Position numbers and translations under genes: made by a program
Shown: one piece after another, positions 9,557 through 21,491 of the stretch
Position numbering within the stretch: position 1 is the stretch's first letter
How the letters are laid out: each line of letters begins with the position of its first letter
The notes under the pieces: generated by a model
Told to the model about the DNA's origin: nothing
The model's input: only the letters and a program-made list of their open reading frames with translations
Database searches by the model: none
NCBI GenBank assembly: GCA_002010065.2
Contig: MTMD02000008.1
Span: 256,001 to 320,000, forward strand
DNA: 64,000 bases
Direction of reading: 5' to 3'
Source: Candidatus Pyrohabitans jungbluthii
GTDB lineage: Archaea > Hydrothermarchaeota > Hydrothermarchaeia > Hydrothermarchaeales > BMS3B

Positions 9557-9686
9557 GACCACACCCTACTATCTTCTACTTGAAATCCCAGGCTCACATC
9601 AGTATAAAATTCTGCCTCACCTGTAATAAGATTGAGAGTTACCCGCTCAGTAAGGGATATAAGCATTGAAGTAAAATTTAAAACTT

Positions 9687-10628
9687 ATGCAAAAGCTTGC
9701 GGAAATCTTCAAAACCACCCTGGCGATTAAGCGTGAGGAAGAGGTGCTGCTTGTCACCGACAACGCCATGCTTGAGGTGGCTTCGCTCATAGAGAGCGCC
9801 CTGCGAGAGCTTAGCCAAGAGGTTCTCGTGCTTAAAATGAAGCCCCGCTCAATGCATGGCGAGGAGCCGCCCCGCGTGGTGGCTGAGGCAATGAAGCATG
9901 CAAGCGTCGTCGTCGCCCCAACGAGCAAATCTCTGAGCCATACCGCAGCAAGGAAGCGCGCCTGCGAGGCTGGGGCGAGAGTAGCCACGCTACCTGGGAT
10001 TACACTGGAGATGCTAACCTCAGGGGGGATGTTAGCGGACTACCGCGAGGTTAAGCGCCTTGCCGAAGCCGTCGCCGAGAGGCTCAGCAGGGCAGAGAGC
10101 ATACGGATAAAAACAGACCTTGGCACAGACTTCACCGCCAGCTTAAAAGGCAGAAAAGCCTTAGCCGACACCGGGATAATCACAAAGCCAGGCGACTTCG
10201 GCAACCTCCCAGCCGGAGAAGGTTTCATAGCACCGGTAGAGGGCGAGAGCGAGGGTGTGCTTGTCTTCGACGGCTCCTTCGGAATGATGGGGAAGCTTAC
10301 AAAGCCTTTAAAGATACGCGTAGCCGAGGGAAAGGCGGTTGAGGTTGAGGGCGACGATGGCAGGATAAGCGCGCTCTTTCAACGCTATGAGAATGCAAGC
10401 AACGTCGCCGAGATAGGGATAGGTGTCAACCCAATGGCACGGGTTATAGGCAACGTTCTCGAGGATGAGAAGGCTTTCCGCACCATCCACGTAGCCTTTG
10501 GAGACAACCACACCTTCGGCGGCGCGACGCGTGCTGAGGTGCACCTCGATGGGGTCATGCTTAATCCTGACGTCTGGCTCGACGATGAGAAGCTCATGGA
10601 AAAGGGGAAGCTGCTATGTTTCCAGTGA
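9687..10628 (+). CDS. Thermophilic aminopeptidase (M29-like)
   Basis: GNLPAGE, AEIGIGVNP, LEDEK, HVAFGDN, HLDG. Confidence 0.85.
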   Translation: MQKLAEIFKTTLAIKREEEVLLVTDNAMLEVASLIESALRELSQEVLVLKMKPRSMHGEEPPRVVAEAMKHASVVVAPTSKSLSHTAARKRACEAGARVATLPGITLEMLTSGGMLADYREVKRLAEAVAERLSRAESIRIKTDLGTDFTASLKGRKALADTGIITKPGDFGNLPAGEGFIAPVEGESEGVLVFDGSFGMMGKLTKPLKIRVAEGKAVEVEGDDGRISALFQRYENASNVAEIGIGVNPMARVIGNVLEDEKAFRTIHVAFGDNHTFGGATRAEVHLDGVMLNPDVWLDDEKLMEKGKLLCFQ

Positions 10629-11245
10629 TGCTCAACCTGCGCGATAGGCGAGTGGTGGTATTCGGCGGGGGTAAAGTGGCTGAACGAAGGGTGGCAAAGC
10701 TTCTCAGCGCAGGCGCTAGGGTTAAGGTAGTGAGCAAAAGCTTTACACGCACCATCAAAAAGCTCGAAGGGCAGAATCTAACCCTCATAAAGGCGGAGCT
10801 CAGCGAAGCAAACATAGCGCAACACCTGCGTGACGCTCTGCTTGTTTTCGCTGCCACCGATGATGCAGAGCTGAATGAAACCATAGCTAACTTGGCGAGG
10901 CGCGAGGGCAAGCTTGTGAACCGCGCAGATGGTGTTGCTGACTTTGTTGTACCTGCCTCCTTTGAGGTGGGCGACGTTATTATTGCAGTTTCTACTCATG
11001 GCAAGAGTCCTGCAACTGCGAAAATAATAAAAAGGAGAATAAAAAAAGCCGTGACACAAGAAGATATTCTCTTGGTAGAGTTACAAGAATTTTTGAGAGA
11101 AGCCTTGAAGCGCAGAATACCGAGCCAAGCTGAGAGGAGCCGCATGCTTAAGGCAATTGCTCATGATGAGAAAATTCTTGAGATGCTGAGAAGGGGCAAC
11201 TTAGAAGGGGCGAAAGCCCTGGGGCTCAAGTATCTGGAGGCGTGA
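10616..11245 (+). CDS. sirC: Precorrin-2 dehydrogenase / sirohydrochlorin ferrochelatase
   Basis: GGGKVAERR, AATDD, VST.GKSP; first gene of the hem cluster. Confidence 0.9.
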   Translation: MFPVMLNLRDRRVVVFGGGKVAERRVAKLLSAGARVKVVSKSFTRTIKKLEGQNLTLIKAELSEANIAQHLRDALLVFAATDDAELNETIANLARREGKLVNRADGVADFVVPASFEVGDVIIAVSTHGKSPATAKIIKRRIKKAVTQEDILLVELQEFLREALKRRIPSQAERSRMLKAIAHDEKILEMLRRGNLEGAKALGLKYLEA

Positions 11246-11246
11246 G

Positions 11247-12581
11247 ATGCACACGGTAAACATACGTGTAACCCACCACCGTGCGGACGTTGCAACGCTT
11301 GAGGTTTTTGCCTTTCCCGACGTAAAAAAGGCTCTCAAGGACATCCATGCTTTGCGCTCTGTTAAGGAGTGTGTCATAATCCAGACCTGCAATCGCGTTG
11401 AGATTTTCGCCGCCGCAGAGGACGTGAACCTCGCATACCACGACATCGTGGACTACCTGATGGAGGATGTAATCTCGCGAATGCGCACCCGCAAGCTCTT
11501 TGAACACAGCGATGCCGAATGCGTGCCTCCCGATCTGCTCACAAAGCACATTGTGGAGTTCTCTGCAAAGCTCCACGACGCCATGGAGGTGGAGTACCAC
11601 ACAGACGCGCTGCGCCACCTGCTTCGTCTTGCAGCGGGCATAGAATCGATGATTGTCGGCGAAGATCAGATTCTGGGACAGGTGAGGGATGCGTACAACC
11701 TTGCGAAAGCGCTGGGCACAGTAGGTCCCTTCTTTGAGAAGGTTTTCACCAAAGCGCTTCATGTGGGGCAGGTGGTAAGGACTAAGACGAATATAAACAA
11801 GGGTGCGGTTTCCATAGGCAGCGCGGCGGTAGAGCTGGCAGAGCAGGTCTTCGGGAGCTTAGAAGGAAAGACTGCTCTCCTCATAGGCGCTGGTGAGATG
11901 GGCAAGCTCGTTGCCAAGTCGCTGGCTGAGCACAAGCTTAAGTCTCTTCTAGTGGCAAACAGAACCTACGAGAGGGCGGAGAAGCTTGCCGAGGAGCTGG
12001 GTGGAAAGGCGATACCTTTCGAGGCACTGCAGAAGGCGATAGCTGAGAGCGACCTAATAATCACCGCCACAAGTTCGCCAAAGGCTATAATTACCAGGGA
12101 GCTTATTGAGACAGCGCGAAAGGATAATAAAAACCTGCTGGTGATAATCGACGTCGCCATTCCTCGCGACGTTAGCGAGGACGTTGCCATGCTACCAGGT
12201 GTGCGCCTTTTTAATATAGACGGCTTGCGCGAGGTTGCTGAGCGCAACAGGAAGGCGAGGGAGAAGGAGATAGTAAAGGTAGAGGAGATTATAGACAGGG
12301 AGATGGCGCTGCTTATCAAGCAGCTTTACCGCATCGACGTGGAAGGCATAATACGTGACTTATTCAAAGAGGCGGAGAAGGTTCGCCAGCGCGAGCTTGG
12401 TAAGGCGCTGCGCATGCTGGGAGACGGGTTGGGGGAGAGGGAGAAGCGCATTATTGACGACCTCACCCGCGTAATTGTGAACCGCCTCACATCGCCAATA
12501 GCTGAGAACATACGCAAGGCTGCAGAGCAAGGCGACCAAGAGGCGGTGAAGGTGGCTGAGAAGTGGTTTAGGGGTGCGTAG
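11247..12581 (+). CDS. hemA: Glutamyl-tRNA reductase
   Basis: [35 protein letters not shown]. Confidence 0.96.
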   Translation: MHTVNIRVTHHRADVATLEVFAFPDVKKALKDIHALRSVKECVIIQTCNRVEIFAAAEDVNLAYHDIVDYLMEDVISRMRTRKLFEHSDAECVPPDLLTKHIVEFSAKLHDAMEVEYHTDALRHLLRLAAGIESMIVGEDQILGQVRDAYNLAKALGTVGPFFEKVFTKALHVGQVVRTKTNINKGAVSIGSAAVELAEQVFGSLEGKTALLIGAGEMGKLVAKSLAEHKLKSLLVANRTYERAEKLAEELGGKAIPFEALQKAIAESDLIITATSSPKAIITRELIETARKDNKNLLVIIDVAIPRDVSEDVAMLPGVRLFNIDGLREVAERNRKAREKEIVKVEEIIDREMALLIKQLYRIDVEGIIRDLFKEAEKVRQRELGKALRMLGDGLGEREKRIIDDLTRVIVNRLTSPIAENIRKAAEQGDQEAVKVAEKWFRGA

Positions 12582-12582
12582 A

Positions 12583-13563
12583 ATGTTTCCAACACGGAGA
12601 ATGAGGAGGTTGAGGAGGACCGAGAAGATTAGAAGCATGGTTCGCGAAACTGTGCTTACAAAGAACGACCTCATCTACCCAATTTTTGTGGACGAGACCA
12701 TAGAGGAGCGCGTAGAGATCGGGAGTATGCCTGGTCAGTACCGCCTGCCTCTAAGCGAGGTGCGCGACGAAGCGCTGGAAGTGGTAAGCTTGGGCATACC
12801 TGCGGTTATCTTATTCGGCATACCTGAGCACAAGGATGAGGTGGGAAGCGAGGCTTACAACAGCGAGGGCATTATCCAGCGTGCGGTTAGCGAGATAAAA
12901 GACGAAGTCGGCGATGATCTTGTGGTGATAACCGACGTTTGCTTGTGTGAGTACACATCCCATGGGCACTGTGGTGTTGTAGAGGACGGGGAGATTCTTA
13001 ACGACCCTACCCTAGAACTGCTCGCAAAGGAGGCGGTTTCCCATGCTGAGGCGGGCGCAGACATAGTTGCGCCAAGCGACATGATGGACGGGCGCGTAGC
13101 GAAGATTCGTGAGGCGCTTGACGACGCCGGTTACAAAAATGTGGCGATACTGAGCTACGCTGCCAAGTACGCCTCTTCCTTTTATGGACCCTTCCGCGAC
13201 GCTGCAAAGAGTGCACCCGCCTTTGGGGACAGGCGAAGCTATCAGATGGACCCTGCCAATGCGAACGAAGCTCTGAGGGAGGTTTATCTGGACATTCAGG
13301 AGGGTGCGGACATGGTTATGGTAAAGCCGGCACTAGCGTACCTAGACATAATCACCAGGGTAAAGGAGCGCTTCCGCATGCCCACCGCTGCGTATAACGT
13401 GAGCGGCGAGTATGCAATGGTGAAGGCAGCCTCGGCGATGGGTTATGTGGATGAGAAGAGCCTAGTGCTGGAGATTCTCACCTCTATAAAGCGAGCCGGC
13501 GCTGATATGATTCTAACCTACCACGCTAAAGACGTGGCATCGTGGCTAGAAAGGAGTGAGTAG
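12583..13563 (+). CDS. hemB: Porphobilinogen synthase
   Basis: [29 protein letters not shown]. Confidence 0.97.
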   Translation: MFPTRRMRRLRRTEKIRSMVRETVLTKNDLIYPIFVDETIEERVEIGSMPGQYRLPLSEVRDEALEVVSLGIPAVILFGIPEHKDEVGSEAYNSEGIIQRAVSEIKDEVGDDLVVITDVCLCEYTSHGHCGVVEDGEILNDPTLELLAKEAVSHAEAGADIVAPSDMMDGRVAKIREALDDAGYKNVAILSYAAKYASSFYGPFRDAAKSAPAFGDRRSYQMDPANANEALREVYLDIQEGADMVMVKPALAYLDIITRVKERFRMPTAAYNVSGEYAMVKAASAMGYVDEKSLVLEILTSIKRAGADMILTYHAKDVASWLERSE

Positions 13564-13564
13564 T

Positions 13565-14836
13565 ATGACACGTTCTGAGGAACTTTTCAATGAGGCTAAG
13601 CGTTACCTCGTTGGCGGAGTTAATTCGCCGGTAAGGGCGATGAAGCCCTTCCCCTTCTTCACTGCTCGCGCAGAGGGAGCAAGGCTTTACGACGTGGATG
13701 GCAATAGCTACATCGACTATTGCCTCGCCTATGGTCCGCTGATACTTGGTCATGCCTACCCGAGGGTGGTGGAGGCGGTTAAGGAGCAGCTGGAGAAGGG
13801 CTCCGCTTACGGCACGCCCACGGAGCTTGAGCTGGAGTTTGCGAAGCGTATTGTTAAGGCGGTGCCCAGCGCTGAGATGGTGCGCTTTGTGAACACTGGC
13901 ACTGAAGCTACAATGGCGGCGATACGCTTGGCGAGAGGGGTAACGGGAAGGAAGAAGATTGTCAAGTTTGAAGGCGCATTTCATGGAGCCCACGATTATG
14001 TTCTTGTAAAGGCTGGGAGCGGCGCAACCACGCATGGCGTACCCACCTCTGCGGGCATACCCGAGGAGACCACGAGCAACACGTTGCTGGCGCCCTTCAA
14101 CGACGAGGCTGCAATAGAGAGACTCTTTAAGGAACAGGGCGAAGAGATCGCTGCGGTAATTCTGGAGCCAATAATAGGCAACGCTGGCTGCATCCTTCCG
14201 AAGGAGGGTTACCTGAAGTTCCTGCGCGAGGTTACCGCTGAGGCAGGAGCGATGCTGATTTTCGATGAGGTTATCACTGGCTTCAGGCTTTGCCTGGGAG
14301 GTGCGCAGGAGTACTACGGTGTTACGCCGGATATAACCACGCTTGGCAAAATCGCAGGCGGAGGGTTACCAATAGGCATAATCACCGCCTCACGTGAGGT
14401 TATGGAGAACTTCTCGCCGGTGGGTAAGGTTTACCAGGCGGGCACGTTTAACGGCAACCCGCTGAGCATGGCAGCCGGACTGGCGACGATAGAAGAGCTG
14501 GAGAAGGGCGAGGTGTACCGCAAACTGGAAGAACTCGGCAAGCGCATCCGCAGAGGTTTGGAGGAGGTTAGCCATGACGCCGGGTTTGAAACCAAGGTTT
14601 ACGGCGTTGCCTCGATGTTCCAGATGTACTTCACTGGCAGCGAGGTATACGACTACACTTCAGCGTTAAAGGCAAACGCCGAGCTGTTTCTGCGCTACCA
14701 GCAGGAGATGCTTCGCCAAGGCGTGTTCATCCCGCCTTCACAGTACGAGTGCAACTTCCTGAGCTACGCCCACAGTAAGGAGGAGATAGACTATACGCTG
14801 GAGAAGGCTGAAGAGGTACTGAGGTCACTCAAATGA
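13565..14836 (+). CDS. hemL: Glutamate-1-semialdehyde 2,1-aminomutase
   Basis: [38 protein letters not shown]. Confidence 0.97.
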   Translation: MTRSEELFNEAKRYLVGGVNSPVRAMKPFPFFTARAEGARLYDVDGNSYIDYCLAYGPLILGHAYPRVVEAVKEQLEKGSAYGTPTELELEFAKRIVKAVPSAEMVRFVNTGTEATMAAIRLARGVTGRKKIVKFEGAFHGAHDYVLVKAGSGATTHGVPTSAGIPEETTSNTLLAPFNDEAAIERLFKEQGEEIAAVILEPIIGNAGCILPKEGYLKFLREVTAEAGAMLIFDEVITGFRLCLGGAQEYYGVTPDITTLGKIAGGGLPIGIITASREVMENFSPVGKVYQAGTFNGNPLSMAAGLATIEELEKGEVYRKLEELGKRIRRGLEEVSHDAGFETKVYGVASMFQMYFTGSEVYDYTSALKANAELFLRYQQEMLRQGVFIPPSQYECNFLSYAHSKEEIDYTLEKAEEVLRSLK

Positions 14837-15750
14837 AGCTCGTGATAGGCACCCGCGGGAGCAAGCTGGCACTGTGGCAGACGGACTACATTGCCTCTCT
14901 GCTCAAGGAGCGCTTCCCGGAGCTGGAGTTTGAGAAGAGGATAATTAAGACAACCGGCGACAAGCTTCGCGACGCTCCTCTTGCGAAGATAGGTGGCAAG
15001 GGTTTGTTCGTCAAGGAGATAGACGAGGCAGTCGCTCGCGGCGATGTTGACTTCGCTGTGCACAGCATGAAGGATGTGCCTACAGAGCTTTTACCCGAGC
15101 TCACCATCGCTGCTACGCCCGAGAGGGAGGAGGTGAATGACGCCTTAATATCGCGCGAAGGGCTGGGCATAGAGGAGCTACCTGAGGGCGCTGTAGTAGG
15201 CACCAGCAGCCTGCGCAGAATCGCGGAGGTGAAGAACTTCCGTCCTGACCTCGAAGTTAAGAACCTTCGTGGCAATGTGGACACGAGACTGAGGAAGCTA
15301 AAAGCTGGGGAGTACGACGCCATTGTCATGGCAAAAGCTGGACTTAAACGCCTTGGCTTTGAGCATGAGATAACCCAGACTTTGCCCGTGGAGCAATTCA
15401 CGCCCAGCGTGGGGCAGGGCGCCATCGCCGTAGTGGCGCGCAGAGATGGCGAGGTTATGGACTACCTCAGGGCGATAAACCACGAGGAAAGCCTGGCTCG
15501 TGTAAAAGCGGAGCGTGCTCTTCTCAGCAGCCTTGGTGGGGGATGCCAGGTGCCACTGGGCGCGTACACCGAGGTTAGCAATAATACCCTAAGTATCCAC
15601 GCAGTTGTGCTTTCGCCAGATGGAGGCGAGCGCGTGGAGGTAAGACTTAAAGGCAAGGTGAGCGATGCCGAGAGGCTGGGCAAAGCTGCGGCAGAGGCGC
15701 TTCTCGAGAAGGGCGCCAGGGAGATTCTGGATAGGGTTTATAGTCAGTGA
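14833..15750 (+). CDS. hemC: Hydroxymethylbilane synthase
   Basis: [35 protein letters not shown]. Confidence 0.97.
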   Translation: MKLVIGTRGSKLALWQTDYIASLLKERFPELEFEKRIIKTTGDKLRDAPLAKIGGKGLFVKEIDEAVARGDVDFAVHSMKDVPTELLPELTIAATPEREEVNDALISREGLGIEELPEGAVVGTSSLRRIAEVKNFRPDLEVKNLRGNVDTRLRKLKAGEYDAIVMAKAGLKRLGFEHEITQTLPVEQFTPSVGQGAIAVVARRDGEVMDYLRAINHEESLARVKAERALLSSLGGGCQVPLGAYTEVSNNTLSIHAVVLSPDGGERVEVRLKGKVSDAERLGKAAAEALLEKGAREILDRVYSQ

Positions 15751-15835
15751 GCCATTGAAAGATTCCAAAAAATTTTAAGTGGTTACCCCGTGGGGATTGC
15801 CTTGATTTCGCTCATTCTTACCGGAGGAAATTTTT

Positions 15836-16225
15836 ATGGCAAGATGGCAAGGCAGATCTGTAAGGAAAATCACTGGCGGCAGGTACAAGCGCTTCAGGAA
15901 GAAGCGCAAATATGAGCTTGGCAGAGAGCAGGCAGAGACCAGGATAGGCAAGGTGCGCGCCAAGGTTATACGCGTGCGTGGGGGGAACGTAAAAGTCAGG
16001 CTCTTCGAGACCCAGTATGCGAACGTCGTCGACCCAAAGACGGGCAAAGCCCAGAAGGTGGAGATAAAAAGAGTGGTCGAAAACAAGGCAAACCCCCACT
16101 ACGTGAGGAGAAACATAATAACCAAGGGGGCAATAATCCTCACAGAGCTTGGTGAGGCGAGGGTAACCTCGCGACCGGGGCAAGATGGAAGTGTTAATGC
16201 CGTTCTTCTTGAGAAGAAGGCATAA
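15836..16225 (+). CDS. rps8e: 30S ribosomal protein S8e
   Basis: RK.TGGR...[32 protein letters not shown]. Confidence 0.97.
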   Translation: MARWQGRSVRKITGGRYKRFRKKRKYELGREQAETRIGKVRAKVIRVRGGNVKVRLFETQYANVVDPKTGKAQKVEIKRVVENKANPHYVRRNIITKGAIILTELGEARVTSRPGQDGSVNAVLLEKKA

Positions 16226-16311
16226 ATTTTTATATTCCCTTTTTCTTATTAAGTGTTATAAGATGCAAAACTGTCATAGAGGGGTTGCTCCTCCAGGAGG
16301 AATAAAGTAAG

Positions 16312-17568
16312 GTGCCTGAAGCACTCTGGTACGGTGAGATAGTAAGCCTAGCAGTGCTTTTCCTTTTATCAGCCTTCTTCTCGGGCTCTGAAACTGCCTA
16401 CCTTGCTGTGAGCAGGGCTAAGATACGGAAGCTTGCAAAAGATGGTGATCCCCGCGCTAAGGTTCTTCTCCATCTGATAGAGCACCCCAACCGCGTGATT
16501 GTTACAATACTAGTGGGCAACAACCTGGTGAATATCACCGCCGCCTCTCTCGCGACATCGCTGGCTATCGAAGCCTTCGGAAGCAAAGGGATAGGCATCG
16601 CCACCGGCGTGGTCACCCTGATAGTACTCATCTTTGGGGAAATAACGCCGAAGAGCTACTCTGCGACTAATGCCGAGAAGGTTGCGCTTTTTGTGGCAAG
16701 GCCAATATACCTGCTCATGAAGCTCCTTGCCCCGCTGGTGCTGCTCCTCTCCAAATTTGCGAAGCTGCTGGTGAAAAGCTTTGGTGGTGAGGTCAAGCTT
16801 GGTCCCTTTATTACAGAGGAAGAGCTGAAGATGCTGGTCGAGGTAGGCGAAGAGGTGGGGGCGATTGAGAAAGAAGAGAAGGAGATGATCTCCGGCATTT
16901 TTGAGTTTGGAGACACCGATGTCAAGGAAATAATGGTGCCGCGCATAGACATGAAGTGCATTGAGGCGGGAGAGAGCATTGAGACGGCGAGGAAGCTCAT
17001 TCTTGAGACGGGGCACTCGCGGATACCTGTGTATGAGGGGAGCATAGACAACATCATTGGCATCCTCTATGCTAAGGATTTGCTGAAGTATCTCAACTCA
17101 AAGGGTGCTAAACCGAAGTCGCTTCGCGAGATTATTCGCCCTGCGTACTTCGTGCCCGAGACCAAGAAGCTGGACGATTTGCTCCGAGAATTCCAGCAGA
17201 ACAGGGTGCAGATTGCAATAGTCGTCGATGAGTACGGTGGTACCGCTGGCATGGTGACGCTTGAGGACATTCTGGAGGAGATTGTGGGAGAGATAAAGGA
17301 CGAGTACGACATCGCAGAGGAGGAGCCACTGGAGCGCATAGATGAAAAGCAGGCTATCGTAGATGCGAGGATGAGCATCCACGACGTTAACGAGGCTCTG
17401 GATATCAACCTGCCCGAAGAGGAGTTCGACACCATAGGTGGGCTCGTGTTTAACACTATTGGCAGGATACCCTCGCCTGGAGATGAGGTGGAGATAGACG
17501 GTGTTAAGCTGAGGGTGGAGAAAATGAGGGGGAGGAGAATTATGAAGGTAAGGGTGATTAGGGAGTAG
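16312..17568 (+). CDS. CNNM/CorB (hemolysin-family) Mg2+ transporter, DUF21-CBS-CorC
   Basis: [48 protein letters not shown]. Confidence 0.93.
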   Translation: MPEALWYGEIVSLAVLFLLSAFFSGSETAYLAVSRAKIRKLAKDGDPRAKVLLHLIEHPNRVIVTILVGNNLVNITAASLATSLAIEAFGSKGIGIATGVVTLIVLIFGEITPKSYSATNAEKVALFVARPIYLLMKLLAPLVLLLSKFAKLLVKSFGGEVKLGPFITEEELKMLVEVGEEVGAIEKEEKEMISGIFEFGDTDVKEIMVPRIDMKCIEAGESIETARKLILETGHSRIPVYEGSIDNIIGILYAKDLLKYLNSKGAKPKSLREIIRPAYFVPETKKLDDLLREFQQNRVQIAIVVDEYGGTAGMVTLEDILEEIVGEIKDEYDIAEEEPLERIDEKQAIVDARMSIHDVNEALDINLPEEEFDTIGGLVFNTIGRIPSPGDEVEIDGVKLRVEKMRGRRIMKVRVIRE

Positions 17569-17685
17569 GTCTGAAATATGTACTTAAGTCTTCTGGCCAC
17601 ATTCTGGCATTTTTAAAATCGCCACTTACACGTACAACTTTATAATGGCAAACCACTCGGCTTGCAAACCCTTTTGACAAAAAAT

Positions 17686-17724
17686 TTTAGTAACATCATG
17701 TTATAGTAACATTAGTTGTAAAAA
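17686..17724. promoter_or_regulatory. Phr-type operator pair upstream of the DIP operon
   Basis: TTTAGTAAC-ATCAT-GTTATAGTA overlapping TATAGTAAC-ATTAG-TTGTAAAAA. Confidence 0.65.
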
Positions 17725-17769
17725 ATTTTAGCATGTTACCTAGACTCTCACCATCTGGAGGCGGTGGAA

Positions 17770-18012
17770 ATGAGCGGGGAGATTGTAAAGATACTCTCAG
17801 GTGTGGTGCTGATCGTCCTGGGAATAGCGTGGTACTTTGTTCGCGTGCCGGTGCTCAGCGATGTGCTCAGTACTGGAACACTGGTGCCTTTCTGGCGCGC
17901 TTTGCTGGCCGCCTTCGCCGCTTGCTTCGGCATAGTCTTGTTGCTCGCTGGCCTTGTGATGGCCTGGATAGGTTATGACGATTACAGGGAGAGTCGAGAG
18001 GCAGAGACATAG
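17770..18012 (+). CDS. Small two-TM membrane protein
   Basis: Two hydrophobic helices, GGAGG RBS. Confidence 0.7.
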   Translation: MSGEIVKILSGVVLIVLGIAWYFVRVPVLSDVLSTGTLVPFWRALLAAFAACFGIVLLLAGLVMAWIGYDDYRESREAET

Positions 18013-18039
18013 CCGTACAATAAACCTTTCCTTTGATAT

Positions 18040-18062
18040 TAAAGTAACATGATGTGGAAAAA
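18040..18062. promoter_or_regulatory. Degenerate Phr-type operator overlapping the start of the ArsR gene
   Basis: TAAAGTAAC-ATGAT-GTGGAAAAA. Confidence 0.45.
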
Positions 18063-18646
18063 TGCGTGCGGATGAGTTACTCGACATACTGGGAAACCGC
18101 ACAAGGAGGGAGATAATAAAACTGGTGAGCGAGGAGCCCAAGTGCCTCTCAGAGCTGAGCAAAGAGACGGGCGTGGAGAAGATGGCGCTTGCAAGGCACC
18201 TCGACTCTATGACAAGGGCGAACATACTCACTGTAGAGGAGGAAAAGATAAAGCGGGGAAGGCCCAGGAAGTACTACGAGATAGCGGAGCATATCCAGCT
18301 CAAGGTGGACATCTCGCCAGAAGAGTTCTCAATGAAGCTCAGGACGCGCTCTCAGGGAGAGAGGGAGGACAGAGCTAGCAATGTGCACACCCTTCGCTTA
18401 GAGAGCGCAAAATCAATTTCTGACCCCCTCCAGAGGCTTGCAGCGCTTTCAAAAATTGCCGAAGATGTAAAAAAAGAGATAATGTATTACGAGGATGCCC
18501 TCCAGAAGGCGGAAGATGTGCTTGACGAAGTGAGGAGGGCAGGCAGGGAGGCTGTTGAAGAATTAAATCTGAATAAGTCTGAGAGACGTTCACTCCTCAA
18601 AGTTATCGGGTTAGGCGGTAAGTTTAACAATATATCCGAAACGTAG
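18062..18646 (+). CDS. ArsR-family regulator, Phr paralogue
   Basis: LLDILGNRTRREII...RGRPRKYYEI plus C-terminal coiled coil; clearly similar to 29736-30272. Confidence 0.85.
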   Translation: MRADELLDILGNRTRREIIKLVSEEPKCLSELSKETGVEKMALARHLDSMTRANILTVEEEKIKRGRPRKYYEIAEHIQLKVDISPEEFSMKLRTRSQGEREDRASNVHTLRLESAKSISDPLQRLAALSKIAEDVKKEIMYYEDALQKAEDVLDEVRRAGREAVEELNLNKSERRSLLKVIGLGGKFNNISET

Positions 18647-18731
18647 CTGTATTGTGCCTCTTTGTGGATATAGGAGGCACAATTGAAAACTCAGGCTAAT
18701 TTGTTAATTTAAAGATAGAGGAGGTGATGAA

Positions 18732-19835
18732 ATGGGTGAAGTGAGGGTAGCAATTGCTGGGGTAGGAAACTGTGCATCCTCGCTGGTGCAGGGTGTTGAG
18801 TACTACAAGAATGCAAAAGACGATGAGTTTGTCCCGGGCTTAATGCACGTGAACTTCGGTGGCTACCACATTCGCGACATCAAATTCGTCGCAGCTTTCG
18901 ACGTAAACGCAAACAAGGTGGGCAAGGACCTTAGCGAGGCAATCTTCACAGAGCCCAACTGCACAGCCAAGTTCTGCGACGTACCAGAGCTTGGCGTCGA
19001 GGTACTCAAGGCACCAGTGCTCGACGGCATAGGCAAGTACCTGCGCGGCACAGTGCCTGTGAGCAGTCGTCAGAAGCCAGTGGACGTAGCCAAGGTGCTG
19101 GAAGAGGTGAACGCCGACGTGCTGGTGAACTTCCTCCCAGTGGGCAGCGCCAAGGCAACGCGCTACTTTGCTCAAGCAGCGATAGACGCAGGGTGCGGCT
19201 TTGTGAACTGCATCCCTGAGTTCATCGCCAGCGACAAAGAGTGGGCTGAGAAGTTCACCCGCGCAGGTTTGCCTGTCGCAGGAGACGACATTAAATCCCA
19301 GGTAGGCGCTACCATACTACACCGAACCCTGGTGCAGCTTCTCAAGGACCGTGGGGTCAAAGTGGAGGAAACCTACCAGCTCAACATAGGCGGGAACACC
19401 GACTTCCTGAACATGCTCCAGGAGAGCAGACTGAAGTCAAAGAGGATAAGCAAGACAGAGGCTGTGACCAGCGTTGTGGGCTACGATATACCCACACGCA
19501 TTGGGCCCAGCGACTACGTGCCCTTCCTCAACGACAACAAGCAGGCGTTCATCTTCGTGAAGGGCAGAAAGTTCGGCGATATCCCCCTGACGATACAGGT
19601 GCACCTCTCCGTCGAAGACTCACCCAACAGCGCTGGCGTCGCTGTCGACGCGATACGCGCCACTAAGCTGGCGCTGGACAACGGCATCGCAGGCCCGCTA
19701 GAGGCAGTGAGCGCCTACTTCTTCAAGCACCCGCCAGTGCAGTATCCAGACAGCGTGGCAAAGCAGCTCGTGGAGGAGTTCATCAGGGAGAATGCACGCA
19801 GCAAGGTGGCGCCAGAGCTGGCGCTGAAGGAGTAG
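18732..19835 (+). CDS. ino1: myo-Inositol-1-phosphate synthase
   Basis: [43 protein letters not shown]. Confidence 0.96.
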   Translation: MGEVRVAIAGVGNCASSLVQGVEYYKNAKDDEFVPGLMHVNFGGYHIRDIKFVAAFDVNANKVGKDLSEAIFTEPNCTAKFCDVPELGVEVLKAPVLDGIGKYLRGTVPVSSRQKPVDVAKVLEEVNADVLVNFLPVGSAKATRYFAQAAIDAGCGFVNCIPEFIASDKEWAEKFTRAGLPVAGDDIKSQVGATILHRTLVQLLKDRGVKVEETYQLNIGGNTDFLNMLQESRLKSKRISKTEAVTSVVGYDIPTRIGPSDYVPFLNDNKQAFIFVKGRKFGDIPLTIQVHLSVEDSPNSAGVAVDAIRATKLALDNGIAGPLEAVSAYFFKHPPVQYPDSVAKQLVEEFIRENARSKVAPELALKE

Positions 19836-19838
19836 GCG

Positions 19839-21107
19839 ATGAAGGCCGTAGTTCTCGCCGCTGGCAAAGGGGAGAGGCTTGGCTCAAGCCTCCCCAAACC
19901 CCTTGTTAAGATTCTGGGCAGAACGCTCATTGACAGGGTTATTGATAGCCTGGAAAAAGCCGGGATAAAGGATATTATCGTGGTGTACAGCGACCCACGC
20001 GTTAAGGCTTACCTTGAGGGCAGAGTGGAGCTGGTTTACAACGACAACGTGGAGAGAGAAGGCGGTTACTCCCTGCTCAAGGGCACAGAAGCTGCGGGAC
20101 ATGAGCCCTTTGTACTTGTGATGAGCGATCACATCTTCGACTCAACCATTGTCTCGAAGCTGCTTGAAGCAAAACCTGCGACAACCACACTTTGCGTTGA
20201 CAGAAGCTTTGAAGGTCGCGACCTGGAGGAGGCGACCAAGGTACTGGTTGGAGAAGATGGGAAAATATTAGACATTGGAAAAGAGATAGCGGAGTACAAC
20301 GCCCTGGACACGGGCATATTCTACTGCACCCAGGATGTGCTCGAGGCGGCGAGGAGCTTCACCGGCAAATTTACAGTTACCGACGTGATGAAAAAGCTTG
20401 TCGCTCAGAGAAAGCTGCACGCCTTCGATGTAACCGGTCACTTCTGGTGGGATGTTGACACCCAGAAGGAGCTCAAGCGCGCAGAGGACGCGCTCCTTCG
20501 CAGCCTGATTAAACCGGTTGACGGCATCATATCCAGGCACATCAACAGAAAAATTTCCCTGAGAATCTCCCGCATGCTGGTGACAACGCCTGTTACACCA
20601 AATGCGATTTCCATCTTCAGCTTCCTGCTTGGCGCATTATCAGGCGCTCTATTTGCCTTTGGTCACGCCGCCCTCGCTGGAATAATGGCGCAGGTTTCAT
20701 CTATCATAGACGGGTGCGATGGGGAGATAGCACGCTTAAAAGGCATAGCTTCGCCATACGGTGCCTTTCTCGATGCAACCCTCGACAGGTATGCGGACAT
20801 GCTCATCCTGCTCGGCATCATCGCCTCGCAGCCAGAGAAGTACTGGCTGGTGGGCGGCTTGGCTATGCTGGGCAGCTACTCCATAAGCTACACCGGCTCA
20901 AGGGCGGAGATATATGGCATTACCTTTGTCAACCTCACAGAGAATCTCATGAAACGAGACATGAGGCTTTTCCTGATATTCCTCGCTGGCGTGGCGAACC
21001 AGCTCTTCGCAGTACTTCTCCTGCTGGCGGTGCTCTGCAATCTGGTGGTGCTGAATCGCTTTATCCAGTTCCCCAAGCTCCTCGCAGCAAGGGGTGTAAA
21101 AATATAA
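19839..21107 (+). CDS. Bifunctional IPCT/DIPPS (di-myo-inositol phosphate synthesis)
   Basis: N-terminal NTP-transferase (LAAGKGERL..PKPL) fused to CDP-alcohol phosphotransferase (DGCDGEIAR...G..LD..LDRY); follows ino1. Confidence 0.92.
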   Translation: MKAVVLAAGKGERLGSSLPKPLVKILGRTLIDRVIDSLEKAGIKDIIVVYSDPRVKAYLEGRVELVYNDNVEREGGYSLLKGTEAAGHEPFVLVMSDHIFDSTIVSKLLEAKPATTTLCVDRSFEGRDLEEATKVLVGEDGKILDIGKEIAEYNALDTGIFYCTQDVLEAARSFTGKFTVTDVMKKLVAQRKLHAFDVTGHFWWDVDTQKELKRAEDALLRSLIKPVDGIISRHINRKISLRISRMLVTTPVTPNAISIFSFLLGALSGALFAFGHAALAGIMAQVSSIIDGCDGEIARLKGIASPYGAFLDATLDRYADMLILLGIIASQPEKYWLVGGLAMLGSYSISYTGSRAEIYGITFVNLTENLMKRDMRLFLIFLAGVANQLFAVLLLLAVLCNLVVLNRFIQFPKLLAARGVKI

Positions 21108-21249
21108 GGAGGTGGTAGCATGCAGCTTATTGCTCAGAAGCAGGCGCATGCTGAAAGGCTCATCACCACCACATCTTCATTATGCCCCGAATGTCATGCT
21201 CTGCTTAAAGCGGAGATTTTTGAGCGTGAGGGGAGGGTCTATATGCTAA

Positions 21250-21440
21250 CCAATTGTGCAAGAAGGTTTTCAAAAAGGAGGTCTACCACTTCAGAGGCGT
21301 CGCCGAAAGCGTGTTCGGAGCGATAGAGGTGAGATACGGAGCAAAAATCAGAGCACGAAAGAGAAAAACGAGAGCTATAGCTATGAACTTCGAGAGGGTA
21401 TTTAGGCAAAGGTCATTTGTTTTGGTGGTGATTCGTTGAC
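21250..21440 (+). mobile_element. Transposase C-terminal remnant (IS5/IS4-like DDE)
   Basis: VYHFRGVAESVFGAIEVRYGAKIRAR fits the Y..R...E..F...K/E...G signature; fragment only. Confidence 0.6.
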
Positions 21441-21491
21441 AACCCGTTTGGAGGGTTAAATATTTATAGGGCTTTTTAATCTTGAATAAGT

